From a virus (taxonomy: Duplodnaviria > Heunggongvirae > Uroviricota > Caudoviricetes), in the IMG/VR virus record IMGVR_UViG_2675903324_000004: 19,205 nt of DNA. One strand, given 5' to 3'. The translations under genes and the position numbers were made by a program. Below are positions 5,960 through 15,572 of this stretch, piece after piece (positions within the stretch are counted from its first letter, which is position 1; each line of letters starts with the position of its first letter). Below the pieces are notes generated by a model. That model saw nothing but the letters and a program-made list of their open reading frames with translations, was not told the DNA's origin and searched no databases.

Positions 5960-7859
5960 TTCTGCAGGAGCGATAGCAACCGGCCTCCTTGCGCTAAAAA
6001 TTCCTGTCCCTCTGACGACAGTTCAGTGGGCAGATCGACATTATTACCTTCCGAAAGAGTCATCTTACACCCCGGGGCGGTGGGAAACACTGCCGTTTCA
6101 GGTTGCCATCATGAACAGCATGGGGAATGACCGGATCCGCACTGTTAATCTGATTAAATCTGCCCGTGTTGGTTATACAAAGATGTTGCTGGGAGTGGAG
6201 GCTTATTTTATTGAGCATAAATCACGCAACAGCCTTCTTTTCCAGCCCACGGATTCTGCTGCTGAAGATTTTATGAAATCTCATGTGGAACCCACGATCA
6301 GGGATGTGCCGGTTTTACTCGATCTTGCACCGTGGTTTGGGCGTAAACATCGTGATAATACCCTCACGCTGAAACGTTTTTCATCGGGCGTGGGCTTCTG
6401 GTGCCTGGGCGGGGCTGCCGCTAAAAACTACCGTGAAAAATCCGTGGACGTGGTCTGCTATGACGAACTTTCCTCGTTCGAACCGGATGTCGAAAAAGAG
6501 GGTTCGCCAACCCTGCTTGGGGATAAACGTATTGAGGGCTCTGTATGGCCCAAATCCATTCGCGGCTCGACGCCTAAAATCAAAGGCACCTGCCAGATCG
6601 AAAAAGCGGCCAACGAGTCGGCGCATTTCATGCGTTTTTATGTGCCCTGCCCACACTGTGGGGAGGCGCAGTATCTGAAATTTGGCGATGAATCCACGCC
6701 TTTTGGCCTTAAATGGGAGAAGGACAGCCCCGAAAGCGTTTTCTACCTCTGTGAACATCATGGCTGCGTGATCCATCAGTCTGAGCTTGACCAGAGCAAC
6801 GGGCGGTGGATCTGTGAAAACACGGGGATGTGGACCCGTGACGGTCTGACGTTTTTCAGCGCCGCGGATAATGAAATTCCGCCGCCACGCTCCATCACGT
6901 TCCACATCTGGACGGCGTACAGTCCGTTCACCACCTGGGTACAGATAGTCTATGACTGGCTGGATGCACTGAAAGATCCCAACGGCGTGAAAACCTTTGT
7001 GAACACCACGCTGGGCGAGACCTGGGAAGAGGCCGTGGGCGAAAAACTCGATCACCAGGTACTGATGGATAAGGTTGTGCGTTACACGGCGGCGGTGCCT
7101 GCCCGGGTGGTTTATCTGACGGCGGGCATTGACTCGCAGCGAAACCGTTTTGAGATGTATGTCTGGGGATGGGCTCCGGGAGAGGAAGCCTTTCTGGTGG
7201 ATAAAATCATCATTATGGGGCGTCCCGATGAGGAAGAGACGCTGTTACGTGTGGATGCGGCGATCAACAAAAAATACCGCCATGCAGACGGAACCGAAAT
7301 GACCATTTCCCGGGTCTGCTGGGACACCGGGGGGATCGATGGCGAAATCGTTTATCAGCGGTCAAAAAAACACGGTGTTTTCCGGGTGCTGCCGGTAAAA
7401 GGCGCATCTGTCTATGGCAAGCCGGTGATCACCATGCCAAAAACCCGCAATCAGCGGGGCGTGTATCTGTGTGAAGTGGGGACGGACACCGCAAAAGAAA
7501 TTCTCTATGCCCGTATGAAAGCCGAGCCCACGCCTGCGGATGAAGCCACGTCGTATGCCATCCGTTTTCCTGATGATCCGGAGATTTTTTCGCAGACAGA
7601 GGCGCAGCAACTGGTGGCGGAAGAGCTGGTGGAGAAGTGGGAAAAAGGAAAGATGCGTCTGTTGTGGGATAACAAAAAGCGGCGTAACGAAGCGCTGGAC
7701 TGCCTGGTGTATGCCTACGCGGCATTACGTGTGTCCGTGCAACGCTGGCAGCTTGATCTGGCTGTACTGGCAAAATCCCGGGAAGAAGAGACGACCCGGC
7801 CAACCCTGAAAGAACTGGCAGCGAAGCTGTCCGGAGGAGTGAATGGTTACAGTCGCTGA
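5931..7859 (+). CDS. A: terminase large subunit (gpA homolog; ATPase/endonuclease)
   Basis: Collinear similarity to lambda gpA over its whole length (e.g. [53 protein letters not shown]). ATG 5931 (SD AGGTGG) gives a ~29-nt overlap with the Nu1 3' end as in lambda; ATG 5889 and 5913 are alternative starts in the same frame. Confidence 0.95.
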   Translation: MISDELRAANSAGAIATGLLALKIPVPLTTVQWADRHYYLPKESSYTPGRWETLPFQVAIMNSMGNDRIRTVNLIKSARVGYTKMLLGVEAYFIEHKSRNSLLFQPTDSAAEDFMKSHVEPTIRDVPVLLDLAPWFGRKHRDNTLTLKRFSSGVGFWCLGGAAAKNYREKSVDVVCYDELSSFEPDVEKEGSPTLLGDKRIEGSVWPKSIRGSTPKIKGTCQIEKAANESAHFMRFYVPCPHCGEAQYLKFGDESTPFGLKWEKDSPESVFYLCEHHGCVIHQSELDQSNGRWICENTGMWTRDGLTFFSAADNEIPPPRSITFHIWTAYSPFTTWVQIVYDWLDALKDPNGVKTFVNTTLGETWEEAVGEKLDHQVLMDKVVRYTAAVPARVVYLTAGIDSQRNRFEMYVWGWAPGEEAFLVDKIIIMGRPDEEETLLRVDAAINKKYRHADGTEMTISRVCWDTGGIDGEIVYQRSKKHGVFRVLPVKGASVYGKPVITMPKTRNQRGVYLCEVGTDTAKEILYARMKAEPTPADEATSYAIRFPDDPEIFSQTEAQQLVAEELVEKWEKGKMRLLWDNKKRRNEALDCLVYAYAALRVSVQRWQLDLAVLAKSREEETTRPTLKELAAKLSGGVNGYSR

Positions 7860-8049
7860 ACTGCAGGCGCTGCGTCAGGCGCGCCTTGATTTATTAACCG
7901 GTAAACGGGTGGTGTCTGTCCAGAAAGATGGTCGCAGAATTGAATATACGGCGGCTTCTCTGGATGAGCTTAACCGTGCGATCAATGATGCGGAGTCGGT
8001 ACTGGGGACAACCCGCCGTCGCCGTCGTCCGCTGGGAGTGAGGTTATGA
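7843..8049 (+). CDS. W: head-tail joining / head stabilisation protein (gpW homolog)
   Basis: 68 aa with SD GGAGGAG. Similar to lambda W (…[21 protein letters not shown]…). Overlaps the A stop and the B start. Confidence 0.9.
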   Translation: MVTVAELQALRQARLDLLTGKRVVSVQKDGRRIEYTAASLDELNRAINDAESVLGTTRRRRRPLGVRL

Positions 8050-9638
8050 AACGAACGCCTGTCCTGATTGATGTGAACGGCGTTCCGCTTCGGGAGAGCC
8101 TCAGCTACCACGGGGGCGGTGCAGGATTTGGCGGGCAAATGGCGGAGTGGTTGCCACCGGCGCAGAGTGCCGATGCAGCCCTGCTGCCTGCGTTGCGTCT
8201 GGGGAATGCCCGGGCAGATGATCTGGTGCGCAATAACGGGATAGCGGCTAATGCGGTGGCCCTGCATAAGGATCATATTGTCGGGCATATGTTTCTGATC
8301 AGCTACCGTCCGAACTGGCGCTGGCTGGGGATGCGGGAGACTGCGGCAAAAAGTTTTGTCGATGAGGTGGAGGCGGCCTGGTCGGAATACGCCGAAGGGA
8401 TGTTTGGCGAGATCGACGTGGAAGGGAAACGCACGTTTACGGAATTTATCCGTGAAGGTGTGGGCGTTCATGCGTTTAACGGCGAAATCTTTGTGCAGCC
8501 GGTCTGGGATACGGAGAGCACGCAACTGTTTCGTACGCGTTTTAAAGCCGTGAGTCCGAAACGGGTGGACACGCCAGGACACGGTATGGGGAACCGTTTT
8601 CTGCGGGCCGGTGTGGAGGTCGATCGATATGGTCGTGCCGTTGCGTACCATATCTGTGAGGATGATTTTCCGTTCTCCGGGAGTGGACGATGGGAACGGA
8701 TCCCGCGTGAACTTCCCACCGGGCGTCCGGCCATGCTGCATATTTTCGAGCCGGTGGAGGACGGGCAGACCCGTGGGGCCAATCAGTTTTACAGCGTAAT
8801 GGAACGGCTGAAGATGCTCGATTCCCTGCAGGCAACACAGCTTCAGTCGGCCATAGTGAAGGCGATGTATGCAGCGACGATTGAAAGTGACCTTGATACC
8901 GAAAAGGCCTTTGAATATATCGCCGGTGCGCCGCAGGGGCAGAAGGATAATCCGCTTATTAATATTCTGGATAAGTTCTCCACCTGGTATGACACGAATA
9001 GCGTGACGCTGGGCGGTGTCAAAATTCCGCACCTTTTCCCCGGTGATGATCTGAAACTTCAGACCGCGCAGGATTCAGACAATGGATTTTCGGCGCTTGA
9101 ACAGGCGCTGCTGCGGTATATCGCCGCCGGTCTTGGCGTTTCCTACGAACAGTTGTCCCGTGATTACTCGAAGGTCAGTTATTCAAGTGCCCGCGCATCC
9201 GCCAATGAGTCGTGGCGCTATTTTATGGGGCGGCGAAAATTTATTGCGTCCCGGCTGGCCACGCAGATGTTTTCCTGCTGGCTGGAAGAGGCACTTCTTC
9301 GGGGGATTATTCGTCCGCCACGGGCACGTTTTGATTTTTATCAGGCGCGATCAGCCTGGTCACGGGCTGAGTGGATTGGAGCCGGAAGAATGGCCATTGA
9401 CGGGCTCAAGGAGGTTCAGGAATCAGTGATGCGCATTGAGGCCGGACTGAGCACGTATGAGAAAGAGCTGGCGCTGATGGGCGAGGATTATCAGGACATT
9501 TTCCGCCAGCAGGTCAGGGAATCTGCAGAGCGGGAAAAAGCCGGACTCTCACATCCGGTGTGGATAGCGCAGGCGTATCAGCAGCAGATAGCGGAGAGTC
9601 GCAGGCCGGAAGAGGAGACAACACCACGTGAGACGTAA
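8046..9638 (+). CDS. B: portal protein (gpB homolog)
   Basis: 530 aa, collinear with lambda gpB (533 aa), e.g. HIFEPVEDGQTRGANQFYSVMERLKMLDSLQATQLQSAIVKAMYAATIES. Confidence 0.95.
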   Translation: MKRTPVLIDVNGVPLRESLSYHGGGAGFGGQMAEWLPPAQSADAALLPALRLGNARADDLVRNNGIAANAVALHKDHIVGHMFLISYRPNWRWLGMRETAAKSFVDEVEAAWSEYAEGMFGEIDVEGKRTFTEFIREGVGVHAFNGEIFVQPVWDTESTQLFRTRFKAVSPKRVDTPGHGMGNRFLRAGVEVDRYGRAVAYHICEDDFPFSGSGRWERIPRELPTGRPAMLHIFEPVEDGQTRGANQFYSVMERLKMLDSLQATQLQSAIVKAMYAATIESDLDTEKAFEYIAGAPQGQKDNPLINILDKFSTWYDTNSVTLGGVKIPHLFPGDDLKLQTAQDSDNGFSALEQALLRYIAAGLGVSYEQLSRDYSKVSYSSARASANESWRYFMGRRKFIASRLATQMFSCWLEEALLRGIIRPPRARFDFYQARSAWSRAEWIGAGRMAIDGLKEVQESVMRIEAGLSTYEKELALMGEDYQDIFRQQVRESAEREKAGLSHPVWIAQAYQQQIAESRRPEEETTPRET

Positions 9639-11133
9639 TCTTTCACACATTATTGCCGCAGCATTCAATGAACCGCTGCTTCTGGAGCCCGCCTATGCGC
9701 GGGTTTTCTTTTGCGCGCTCGGGCGCGAGATGGGGGCAGCAAGTCTTTCGGTACCACAACAGCAGGTACAGCTTGATGCTCCCGGAATGCTGGCTGAAAC
9801 GGACGAGTACATGGCCGGAGGTAAACGACCGGCCCGTGTTTACCGGGTGGTGAACGGTATTGCTGTACTGCCGGTGACCGGCACGCTGGTGCACCGGCTG
9901 GGCGGTATGCGGCCATTTTCCGGAATGACAGGCTATGACGGCATTGTCGCCTGTCTTCAGCAGGCAATGGCAGATAGCCAGGTGCGGGGCGTACTGCTGG
10001 ACATTGACAGTCCTGGCGGGCAGGCCGCCGGCGCGTTTGACTGCGCTGACATGATTTACCGCCTCCGTCAGCAGAAGCCGGTCTGGGCACTGTGCAATGA
10101 CACGGCCTGTTCTGCAGCCATGCTGCTGGCGTCGGCCTGCTCCCGACGGCTGGTTACCCAGACATCCCGTATCGGCTCCATTGGCGTGATGATGAGCCAT
10201 GTCAGCTATGCCGGTCATCTGGCGCAGGCCGGGGTGGATATCACGCTGATTTATGCCGGGGCGCACAAGGTGGATGGCAATCAGTTTGAAGCTTTACCGG
10301 CAGAGGTGCGTCAGGACATGCAGCAGCGGGTTGATGCGGCGCACCGGATGTTTGCCGAAAAAGTGGCGATGTATACGGGGCTGTCTGTGGAAGCTGTCAC
10401 GGGGACAGAGGCTGCCGTTTTTGAAGGTCAGTCCGCTATTAAGGCCGGACTGGCGGATGAATTAATCAATGCGTCGGATGCCATCAGCGTGATGGCTGCG
10501 GCGCTGAACACTCATGATACAGGAGGCACTATGCCGCAATTAACTGCAACGGAAGCTGCCGCGCAGGAGAACCAGCGAGTGATGGGGATCCTGACGTGTC
10601 AGGAAGCGAAAGGACGTGAACAGCTTGCCACGATGCTGGCAGGACAACAGGGCATGAGCATTGAACAGGCCCGGGCGATTCTGGCCGCGGCGGCACCACA
10701 GCAGCCGGTGGCATCCGCGCAGAGTGAAGCCGATCGCATTATGGCGTGTGAAGAAGCGAAAGGTCGTGAACAACTGGCGGCAACGCTGGCGGCGATGCCG
10801 GAGATGACGGTGGAAAAAGCCCGCCCGATCCTCGCTGCCTCACCGCAGGCGAATGCCGGGCCCTCACTTCGTGATCAGATCATGGCCCTGGATGAGGCAA
10901 AAGGGGCAGAAGCGCAGGCTGAAAAACTGGCGGCCTGCCCGGGAATGACCGTGGAGAACGCCCGGGCTGTGCTGGCTGCGGGATCAGGTAAGGCCGAACC
11001 GGTCTCTGCATCCACAACCGCCCTGTTTGAACATTTCATGGCGAACCATTCACCGGCAGCAGTGCAGGGTGGCGTGCCACAGACGTCAGCAGACGGTGAT
11101 GCGGACGTGAAAATGCTCATGGCCATGCCATGA
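9628..11133 (+). CDS. C: head maturation protease / minor capsid protein (gpC homolog, S49/ClpP-like)
   Basis: GTG start at 9628 overlapping the B stop. N-terminal ~300 aa similar to lambda gpC (AFNEPLLLEPAYARVFFCAL…, NGIAVLPVTGTLV…, RLVTQTSRIGSIGVMM). The C-terminal third contains the scaffold-like repeats. Confidence 0.9.
   Translation: MRRNLSHIIAAAFNEPLLLEPAYARVFFCALGREMGAASLSVPQQQVQLDAPGMLAETDEYMAGGKRPARVYRVVNGIAVLPVTGTLVHRLGGMRPFSGMTGYDGIVACLQQAMADSQVRGVLLDIDSPGGQAAGAFDCADMIYRLRQQKPVWALCNDTACSAAMLLASACSRRLVTQTSRIGSIGVMMSHVSYAGHLAQAGVDITLIYAGAHKVDGNQFEALPAEVRQDMQQRVDAAHRMFAEKVAMYTGLSVEAVTGTEAAVFEGQSAIKAGLADELINASDAISVMAAALNTHDTGGTMPQLTATEAAAQENQRVMGILTCQEAKGREQLATMLAGQQGMSIEQARAILAAAAPQQPVASAQSEADRIMACEEAKGREQLAATLAAMPEMTVEKARPILAASPQANAGPSLRDQIMALDEAKGAEAQAEKLAACPGMTVENARAVLAAGSGKAEPVSASTTALFEHFMANHSPAAVQGGVPQTSADGDADVKMLMAMP
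10531..11133 (+). CDS. Nu3: scaffolding protein (gpNu3-like), nested in-frame within the 3' part of C
   Basis: In-frame internal ATG at 10531 preceded by a consensus SD (AGGAGG at 10521-10526). A nested in-frame scaffold gene is the lambda C/Nu3 arrangement. The exact start is inferred, not proven. Confidence 0.55.
   Translation: MPQLTATEAAAQENQRVMGILTCQEAKGREQLATMLAGQQGMSIEQARAILAAAAPQQPVASAQSEADRIMACEEAKGREQLAATLAAMPEMTVEKARPILAASPQANAGPSLRDQIMALDEAKGAEAQAEKLAACPGMTVENARAVLAAGSGKAEPVSASTTALFEHFMANHSPAAVQGGVPQTSADGDADVKMLMAMP
10576..11013 (+). repeat. three diverged in-frame tandem repeats (~44-53 codons each) within C/Nu3
   Basis: Protein-level repeats: RVMGILTCQEAKGREQLATMLAGQQGMSIEQARAILAAAAPQ… / RIMACEEAKGREQLAATLAAMPEMTVEKARPILAASPQ… / QIMALDEAKGAEAQAEKLAACPGMTVENARAVLAAGSG…. 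Approximate unit boundaries are 10576, 10735 and 10879. Confidence 0.7.
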
Positions 11134-11169
11134 AGCCAGTGCTGACCATCAATATGAGGTTTTAACAAA

Positions 11170-11517
11170 ATGGTGACGAAAACCATCACTGAACAACGTG
11201 CGGAAGTACGTATTTTTGCCGGTAATGATCCGGCTCATACCGCCACAGGCAGCAGCGGGATTTCTCAGGCAACACCGGCACTGACCCCCCTGATGCTGGA
11301 TGAAGCCAGCGGGAAACTGGTGGTCTGGGACGGACAGAAAGCCGGTAGTGCGGTTGGCATACTGGTACTGCCGCTTGAAGGCACAGAGACGGTGCTGACC
11401 TATTACAAGTCGGGGACCTTTGCGACGGAGGCAATCCGCTGGCCTGACAGTGTGGATGAACACAAAAAGGCAAATGCCTTTGCCGGCACAGCCCTGAGTC
11501 ACGCGGCGCTGCCGTAA
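11170..11517 (+). CDS. D: head decoration protein (gpD homolog)
   Basis: 115 aa, similar to lambda gpD (…DPAHTATGSSG…TPLMLD…KLVVWDG…AVGILV…YKSGTF…AFAGTA…). Confidence 0.9.
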   Translation: MVTKTITEQRAEVRIFAGNDPAHTATGSSGISQATPALTPLMLDEASGKLVVWDGQKAGSAVGILVLPLEGTETVLTYYKSGTFATEAIRWPDSVDEHKKANAFAGTALSHAALP

Positions 11518-11574
11518 CACGTTATCAGGCCGCCGCGTTGGCCTGACTGATTTCTGAATGAAAGGAACTGATTT

Positions 11575-12603
11575 ATGGGATTGTTTACGACCCGCCAGTT
11601 ACTCGGTTATACCGAACAAAAAGTGAAATTTCGTGCGCTGTTTCTGGAACTGTTTTTCCGCCGTACGGTGAATTTCCACACCGAAGAGGTGATGCTGGAC
11701 AAAATTACCGGAAAAACGCCGGTGGCGGCCTATGTCTCCCCGATCGTTGAAGGAAAAGTGCTTCGCCATCGCGGTGGTGAAACCCGCGTGTTACGTCCGG
11801 GCTACGTCAAGCCCAAACACGAATTTAATTACCAGCAGGCGGTTGAGCGCCTTCCTGGTGAAGATCCGGCTCAGCTGAACGACCCGGCCTACCGTCGTCT
11901 GCGTATCATTACCGATAACCTCAAACAGGAAGAGCACGCCATTGTCCAGGTGGAAGAAATGCAGGCGGTGAATGCCGTGCTGTATGGCAAATACACCATG
12001 GAAGGGGATCAGTTTGATACTGTCGAGGTGGATTTCGGGCGCTCTGAAGGAAATAACATTGAGCAGGCTGACGGTAAAAAATGGTCTGAGCAGGACCGTG
12101 ATACGTTTGATCCGACGCATGATATTGACCTCTACTGCGATCAGGCCAGCGGCCTTGTGAATATCGCCATTATGGACGGTACGGTCTGGCGTCTGCTGAA
12201 TGGCTTTAAGCTGTTCCGCGAAAAACTGGATACCCGTCGCGGCTCAAATTCACAACTCGAAACGGCAGTGAAAGATCTGGGCGCAGTGGTGTCCTTCAAG
12301 GGGTATTACGGCGATCTGGCCATTGTGGTGGCGAAAACGTCTTATGTGGCAGAGGACGGTACCGAAAAACGTTATCTGCCGGAGGGCATGCTGGTGCTGG
12401 GGAATACGGCGGCAGAGGGGATTCGTTGCTATGGTGCCATTAAGGATGCACAGGCGTTGTCTGAAGGAGTGGTGGCTTCTTCCCGTTACCCGAAACACTG
12501 GCTGACCGTGGGCGATCCGTCCTGTGAATTCACCATGACGCAGTCCGCTCCGCTGATGGTGCTGCCGGATCCGGATGAGTTTGTGGTGGTACAGGTGAAA
12601 TAA
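11575..12603 (+). CDS. E: major capsid protein (gpE homolog)
   Basis: 342 aa with SD AAGGA. Collinear with lambda gpE (341 aa), e.g. PGYVKPKHE, RRGSNSQLETAVKDLG, FTMTQSAPLMVLPDPDEFV. Confidence 0.95.
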   Translation: MGLFTTRQLLGYTEQKVKFRALFLELFFRRTVNFHTEEVMLDKITGKTPVAAYVSPIVEGKVLRHRGGETRVLRPGYVKPKHEFNYQQAVERLPGEDPAQLNDPAYRRLRIITDNLKQEEHAIVQVEEMQAVNAVLYGKYTMEGDQFDTVEVDFGRSEGNNIEQADGKKWSEQDRDTFDPTHDIDLYCDQASGLVNIAIMDGTVWRLLNGFKLFREKLDTRRGSNSQLETAVKDLGAVVSFKGYYGDLAIVVAKTSYVAEDGTEKRYLPEGMLVLGNTAAEGIRCYGAIKDAQALSEGVVASSRYPKHWLTVGDPSCEFTMTQSAPLMVLPDPDEFVVVQVK

Positions 12604-12610
12604 TCCGTGA

Positions 12611-12640
12611 GCGGGGGCGAAATGCCCCCGTGTCTTTTTT
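12611..12640 (+). terminator. intrinsic terminator/attenuator immediately after the major capsid gene
   Basis: Stem GCGGGGGC (12611-12618) / loop GAAAT / GCCCCCGT (12624-12631), then a T-tract (12634-12640). The next gene's SD AGGAGG follows at 12644-12649. Confidence 0.7.
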
Positions 12641-12654
12641 CACAGGAGGCTGAG

Positions 12655-13038
12655 ATGGCAACAAAAGAAGAAAATCTGAATCGTCTTCGTCAACTGGCTG
12701 GCCTGCTGGGGCGCGAGGCGGATATGTCGGGGAGTGCTGCGGATATTGCTCAACGTGTGTCTGAGTGGGAAGAGGAGCTTGCTGTTTCCCCGGAGGGCAT
12801 TATGCACTCTGATGAGAGCGGGGCTGATCAAAATCACACAGACGATGGTGAGCAGTTGAACAACACGGATGCTCCGGATGATGTTAAAGCCGTCCGGGTA
12901 CGGAAGTGCCTGCAAGTAATGGGGTATTGCCCGGAGACAGGTCGTCCCGTTGAGCTGGCGTTACGGGGGATGCGTGTTCTGGTGCCATCATCACTGGCAA
13001 CGGCCATGATACAGCACGGAACGGCTGAATATGCGTGA
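12655..13038 (+). CDS. FI: DNA packaging / head assembly protein (gpFI-like)
   Basis: ATG 12655 with a consensus SD (AGGAGG, 5-nt spacer); the upstream GTG at 12607 would span the terminator. Position between E and FII, an acidic central linker and overall size match lambda FI. Sequence similarity to lambda FI is weaker than for the neighbouring genes. Confidence 0.7.
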   Translation: MATKEENLNRLRQLAGLLGREADMSGSAADIAQRVSEWEEELAVSPEGIMHSDESGADQNHTDDGEQLNNTDAPDDVKAVRVRKCLQVMGYCPETGRPVELALRGMRVLVPSSLATAMIQHGTAEYA

Positions 13039-13384
13039 TTTTCAGAATGCCTTTGATGCTGCCCTCGCCGGGGTAGACAGTACGATCGTTGAAGTGATGG
13101 GGCTCTGTGCGCAGTTCACCTCGGGGGCACAGTGTGGCAGCGAAGTTCAGGGGGTTTTTGACGATCCGGAGTCGCTGGGGTTTGCCGGTGGCGGGGTCCG
13201 TATTGAAGGAAGCAGCCCGTCATTATTTGTGCGGACGGATACGGTTCGTGCCGTGCGGCGTGGTGACACGCTGACCATTAATGGTGAGATATTCTGGGTG
13301 GATCGTGTTTCTCCGGATGACGGGGGCAGCTGTTATCTCTGGCTCAACCGTGGTCAACCACCCGCAGTTAACCGGCGACGATAA
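13031..13384 (+). CDS. FII: head-tail connector protein (gpFII homolog)
   Basis: 117 aa, similar to lambda FII (…GVFDDPE…GVRIEGSSPSLFVRTD…RRGDTLTI…FWVDRVSPDDGGSC.LWL.RG.PPAVNRRR). Confidence 0.9.
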   Translation: MRDFQNAFDAALAGVDSTIVEVMGLCAQFTSGAQCGSEVQGVFDDPESLGFAGGGVRIEGSSPSLFVRTDTVRAVRRGDTLTINGEIFWVDRVSPDDGGSCYLWLNRGQPPAVNRRR

Positions 13385-13399
13385 ACGCAGGGTGAAATT

Positions 13400-13975
13400 A
13401 TGGCGATAAAAGGGCTTGATCAGGCGATTGACAATCTGAGCCGGGTTCGTAAAAACGCCATTCCGGCGGCTTCAGCAATGGCCATTAACCGCGTGGCCAC
13501 AACGGCGATTAATCAGTCTTCATCACAGGTTGCCCGGGAGACAAAGGTTCGCCGGAAACTGGTTAAGGAACGGTCCAGACTGAAACGGGCGACGGTCAGA
13601 AATCCGAATGCCAGAATTATCGTTAACCGCGGTGATCTCCCTGTGATTAAGCTGGGGATCAGGATGCTGGGGCGTCGCCCGAACAGCATACTTAAAGCCG
13701 GTCAGCATCGTTATCAGCGGGCATTTATCCAGCGATTAAATAATGGGCGCTGGCATGTTATGCAACGTCTTCCCCAGGCCAGATATGAGGAGGGCAATGA
13801 CGACAAGGGAAGGAAAAAGCGTAATCGCCTTCCCATTCAGGTGGTGAAAATCCCGATGGCGGCCCCACTGAAACAGGCATTTGATGAGAATGTTGACCGT
13901 ATCCGGCGTGAACGCCTGCCTAAAGAACTGGCATACGCGCTGAAACAACAACTGAGGATTGCGATAAAACGATGA
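13400..13975 (+). CDS. Z: tail completion protein (gpZ homolog)
   Basis: 191 aa, similar to lambda Z (MAIKGLEQA…ARETKVRRKLVKER.RLKRATV.NP.ARI.VNRGDLPVIKLG…VVKIPMA…RIRRERLPKEL). Confidence 0.9.
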   Translation: MAIKGLDQAIDNLSRVRKNAIPAASAMAINRVATTAINQSSSQVARETKVRRKLVKERSRLKRATVRNPNARIIVNRGDLPVIKLGIRMLGRRPNSILKAGQHRYQRAFIQRLNNGRWHVMQRLPQARYEEGNDDKGRKKRNRLPIQVVKIPMAAPLKQAFDENVDRIRRERLPKELAYALKQQLRIAIKR

Positions 13976-14367
13976 AACACACTGACATTCGTGCCGCAGT
14001 GCTGGATGCACTCGAGCAGCATGAACACGGGGCGACGCTGTTTGATGGTCGCCCCGTTGTTTTTGACGAAGAGGATTTTCCTGCGATCGCGGTTTATCTG
14101 ACGGATGCAGAGTATACCGGTGAAGAGCTGGATGCAGATACCTGGCGGGCCACACTGCATATTGAGGTGTTTTTACCGGCACAGGTACCTGATTCGGAGC
14201 TCGATCAGTGGATGGAAAGCCGGATTTATCCGGCGATGACTGCGATCCCTGCACTGGCAGGACTGATTACCACGATGGTTACGCAGGGCTATGAGTATCG
14301 TCGTGATGACGATATGGCGTTATGGAGCTCTGCAGATCTGACTTATTCCATTACATACGAGATGTGA
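13972..14367 (+). CDS. U: tail terminator protein (gpU homolog)
   Basis: 131 aa, near-collinear with lambda U ([15 protein letters not shown]…[24 protein letters not shown]…DLTY.ITYEM). ATGA overlap with Z. Confidence 0.95.
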   Translation: MKHTDIRAAVLDALEQHEHGATLFDGRPVVFDEEDFPAIAVYLTDAEYTGEELDADTWRATLHIEVFLPAQVPDSELDQWMESRIYPAMTAIPALAGLITTMVTQGYEYRRDDDMALWSSADLTYSITYEM

Positions 14368-14374
14368 GGACGAT

Positions 14375-15127
14375 ATGGCAACACCAAATCCCCTGGAGCC
14401 AGTAAAAGGTGCCGGTACCACTCTGTGGGTTTACAACGGCAAGGGTGATGCTTATGCAAACCCGTTGTCAGACGCTGACTGGCAGCGACTGGCTAAGGTG
14501 AAGGATCTGACGCCGGGCGAGATGACGGCAGAATCCTACGATGATAACTACCTGGATGATGAAGACGCAGACTGGACCGCGACCGGGCAGGGGCAGAAAT
14601 CTGCAGGTGATACCAGTTTTACGCTGGCCTGGAAACCGGGAGAGGAAGGTCAGAAAGGGCTTATAGGCTGGTTTGAAAGCGGCGATGTCCGGGCCTATAA
14701 AATCCGTTTTCCGAATGGCACGGTGGATGTGTTTCGTGGCTGGGTCAGCAGTATCGGTAAGGCCGTGACGGCGAAAGAAGTGATCACCCGCACGGTGAAA
14801 GTCACTAACGTGGGTAAACCTTCTGTAGCGGAAGAACGCAGCAAAATTACGCCGGTCAGTGCGATTAAGGTGACGCCTACATCCGGTACGGTGGCAAAAG
14901 GGAAAACAACCACCCTGACGGTTTCTTTTGAGCCGGAAAGTGCAACCGACAAGACGTTCAGAGCGGTTTCCGCCGATCCGTCGAAAGCCACCATTAGTGT
15001 GAAAGATATGACAATTACGGTAAACGGCGTGGCGACAGGTAAGGTGCAGATCCCTGTGGTGAGCGGAAATGGTCAGTTCGCCGCAGTGGCTGAAGTCACC
15101 GTTACTGAAGCGGGCGCTGCAGGGTAA
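14375..15127 (+). CDS. V: major tail tube protein (gpV homolog) with C-terminal Ig-like domain
   Basis: 250 aa, highly similar to lambda V ([10 protein letters not shown]…[55 protein letters not shown]…). Confidence 0.95.
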   Translation: MATPNPLEPVKGAGTTLWVYNGKGDAYANPLSDADWQRLAKVKDLTPGEMTAESYDDNYLDDEDADWTATGQGQKSAGDTSFTLAWKPGEEGQKGLIGWFESGDVRAYKIRFPNGTVDVFRGWVSSIGKAVTAKEVITRTVKVTNVGKPSVAEERSKITPVSAIKVTPTSGTVAKGKTTTLTVSFEPESATDKTFRAVSADPSKATISVKDMTITVNGVATGKVQIPVVSGNGQFAAVAEVTVTEAGAAG

Positions 15128-15140
15128 ACGGAGGTAATAC

Positions 15141-15572
15141 ATGTTTCTGAAAACAGAACAATTTGAATATAACGGTGTGTCTGTCACGCTTTCCGAATTG
15201 TCTGCGCTGCAGCGTATCGAGCATCTTGCCCTTCTGAAACGGCGTGCAGAACAGGCAGAATCCAGCGGCAACCTGCAGGTAAGCGTGGAAGATCTCGTCA
15301 GAACCGGCGCGTTTCTGGTGGCGATGTCCCTGTGGCATAACCATCCACAGAAAACGCAGTCACCGTCAATGAATGAGGACGTGATGAAGATAGAGCAGGA
15401 AGTGCTCACCACCTGGCCTGCCGATGCCATTGCCCGGGCGGAAGACGTGGTGTTGTGCCTGTCCGGGATGATCGAAGCTGTTCGTCCGGATACTGATATT
15501 ACTGAAGTGGCGAAAAATAACACGCTGACTGATGATGATTTTTCTGCGGGAAAGTCTTCGACGGCGAGCTGA
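15141..15572 (+). CDS. G: tail assembly chaperone (gpG homolog)
   Basis: 143 aa with SD GGAGG. Similar to lambda G (MFLKTE.FE.NGV.VTLSELSALQRIEHLAL.KR.AEQAES…), ending …AGKSSTAS just after the slippery site. Confidence 0.9.
   Translation: MFLKTEQFEYNGVSVTLSELSALQRIEHLALLKRRAEQAESSGNLQVSVEDLVRTGAFLVAMSLWHNHPQKTQSPSMNEDVMKIEQEVLTTWPADAIARAEDVVLCLSGMIEAVRPDTDITEVAKNNTLTDDDFSAGKSSTAS

Noticed and set aside
6381-7055. 224-aa minus-strand ORF inside the terminase large subunit gene
   Set aside because: Antisense shadow ORF; the + strand gene is unambiguous.
7875-9032. 385-aa minus-strand ORF antisense to the W/portal genes
   Set aside because: Arg/Pro/His-rich, low-complexity translation with no RBS context, opposite strong lambda-homologous + strand genes. 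Typical shadow ORF in GC-rich coding DNA.
9643-10266. 207-aa and 141-aa minus-strand ORFs inside gene C
   Set aside because: Antisense to a clearly homologous protease gene, with biased (R/P/A/G) composition.
12607-12654. Upstream GTG start for FI at 12607
   Set aside because: It would place the terminator hairpin and the SD inside the coding sequence. ATG 12655 with AGGAGG is the better start.
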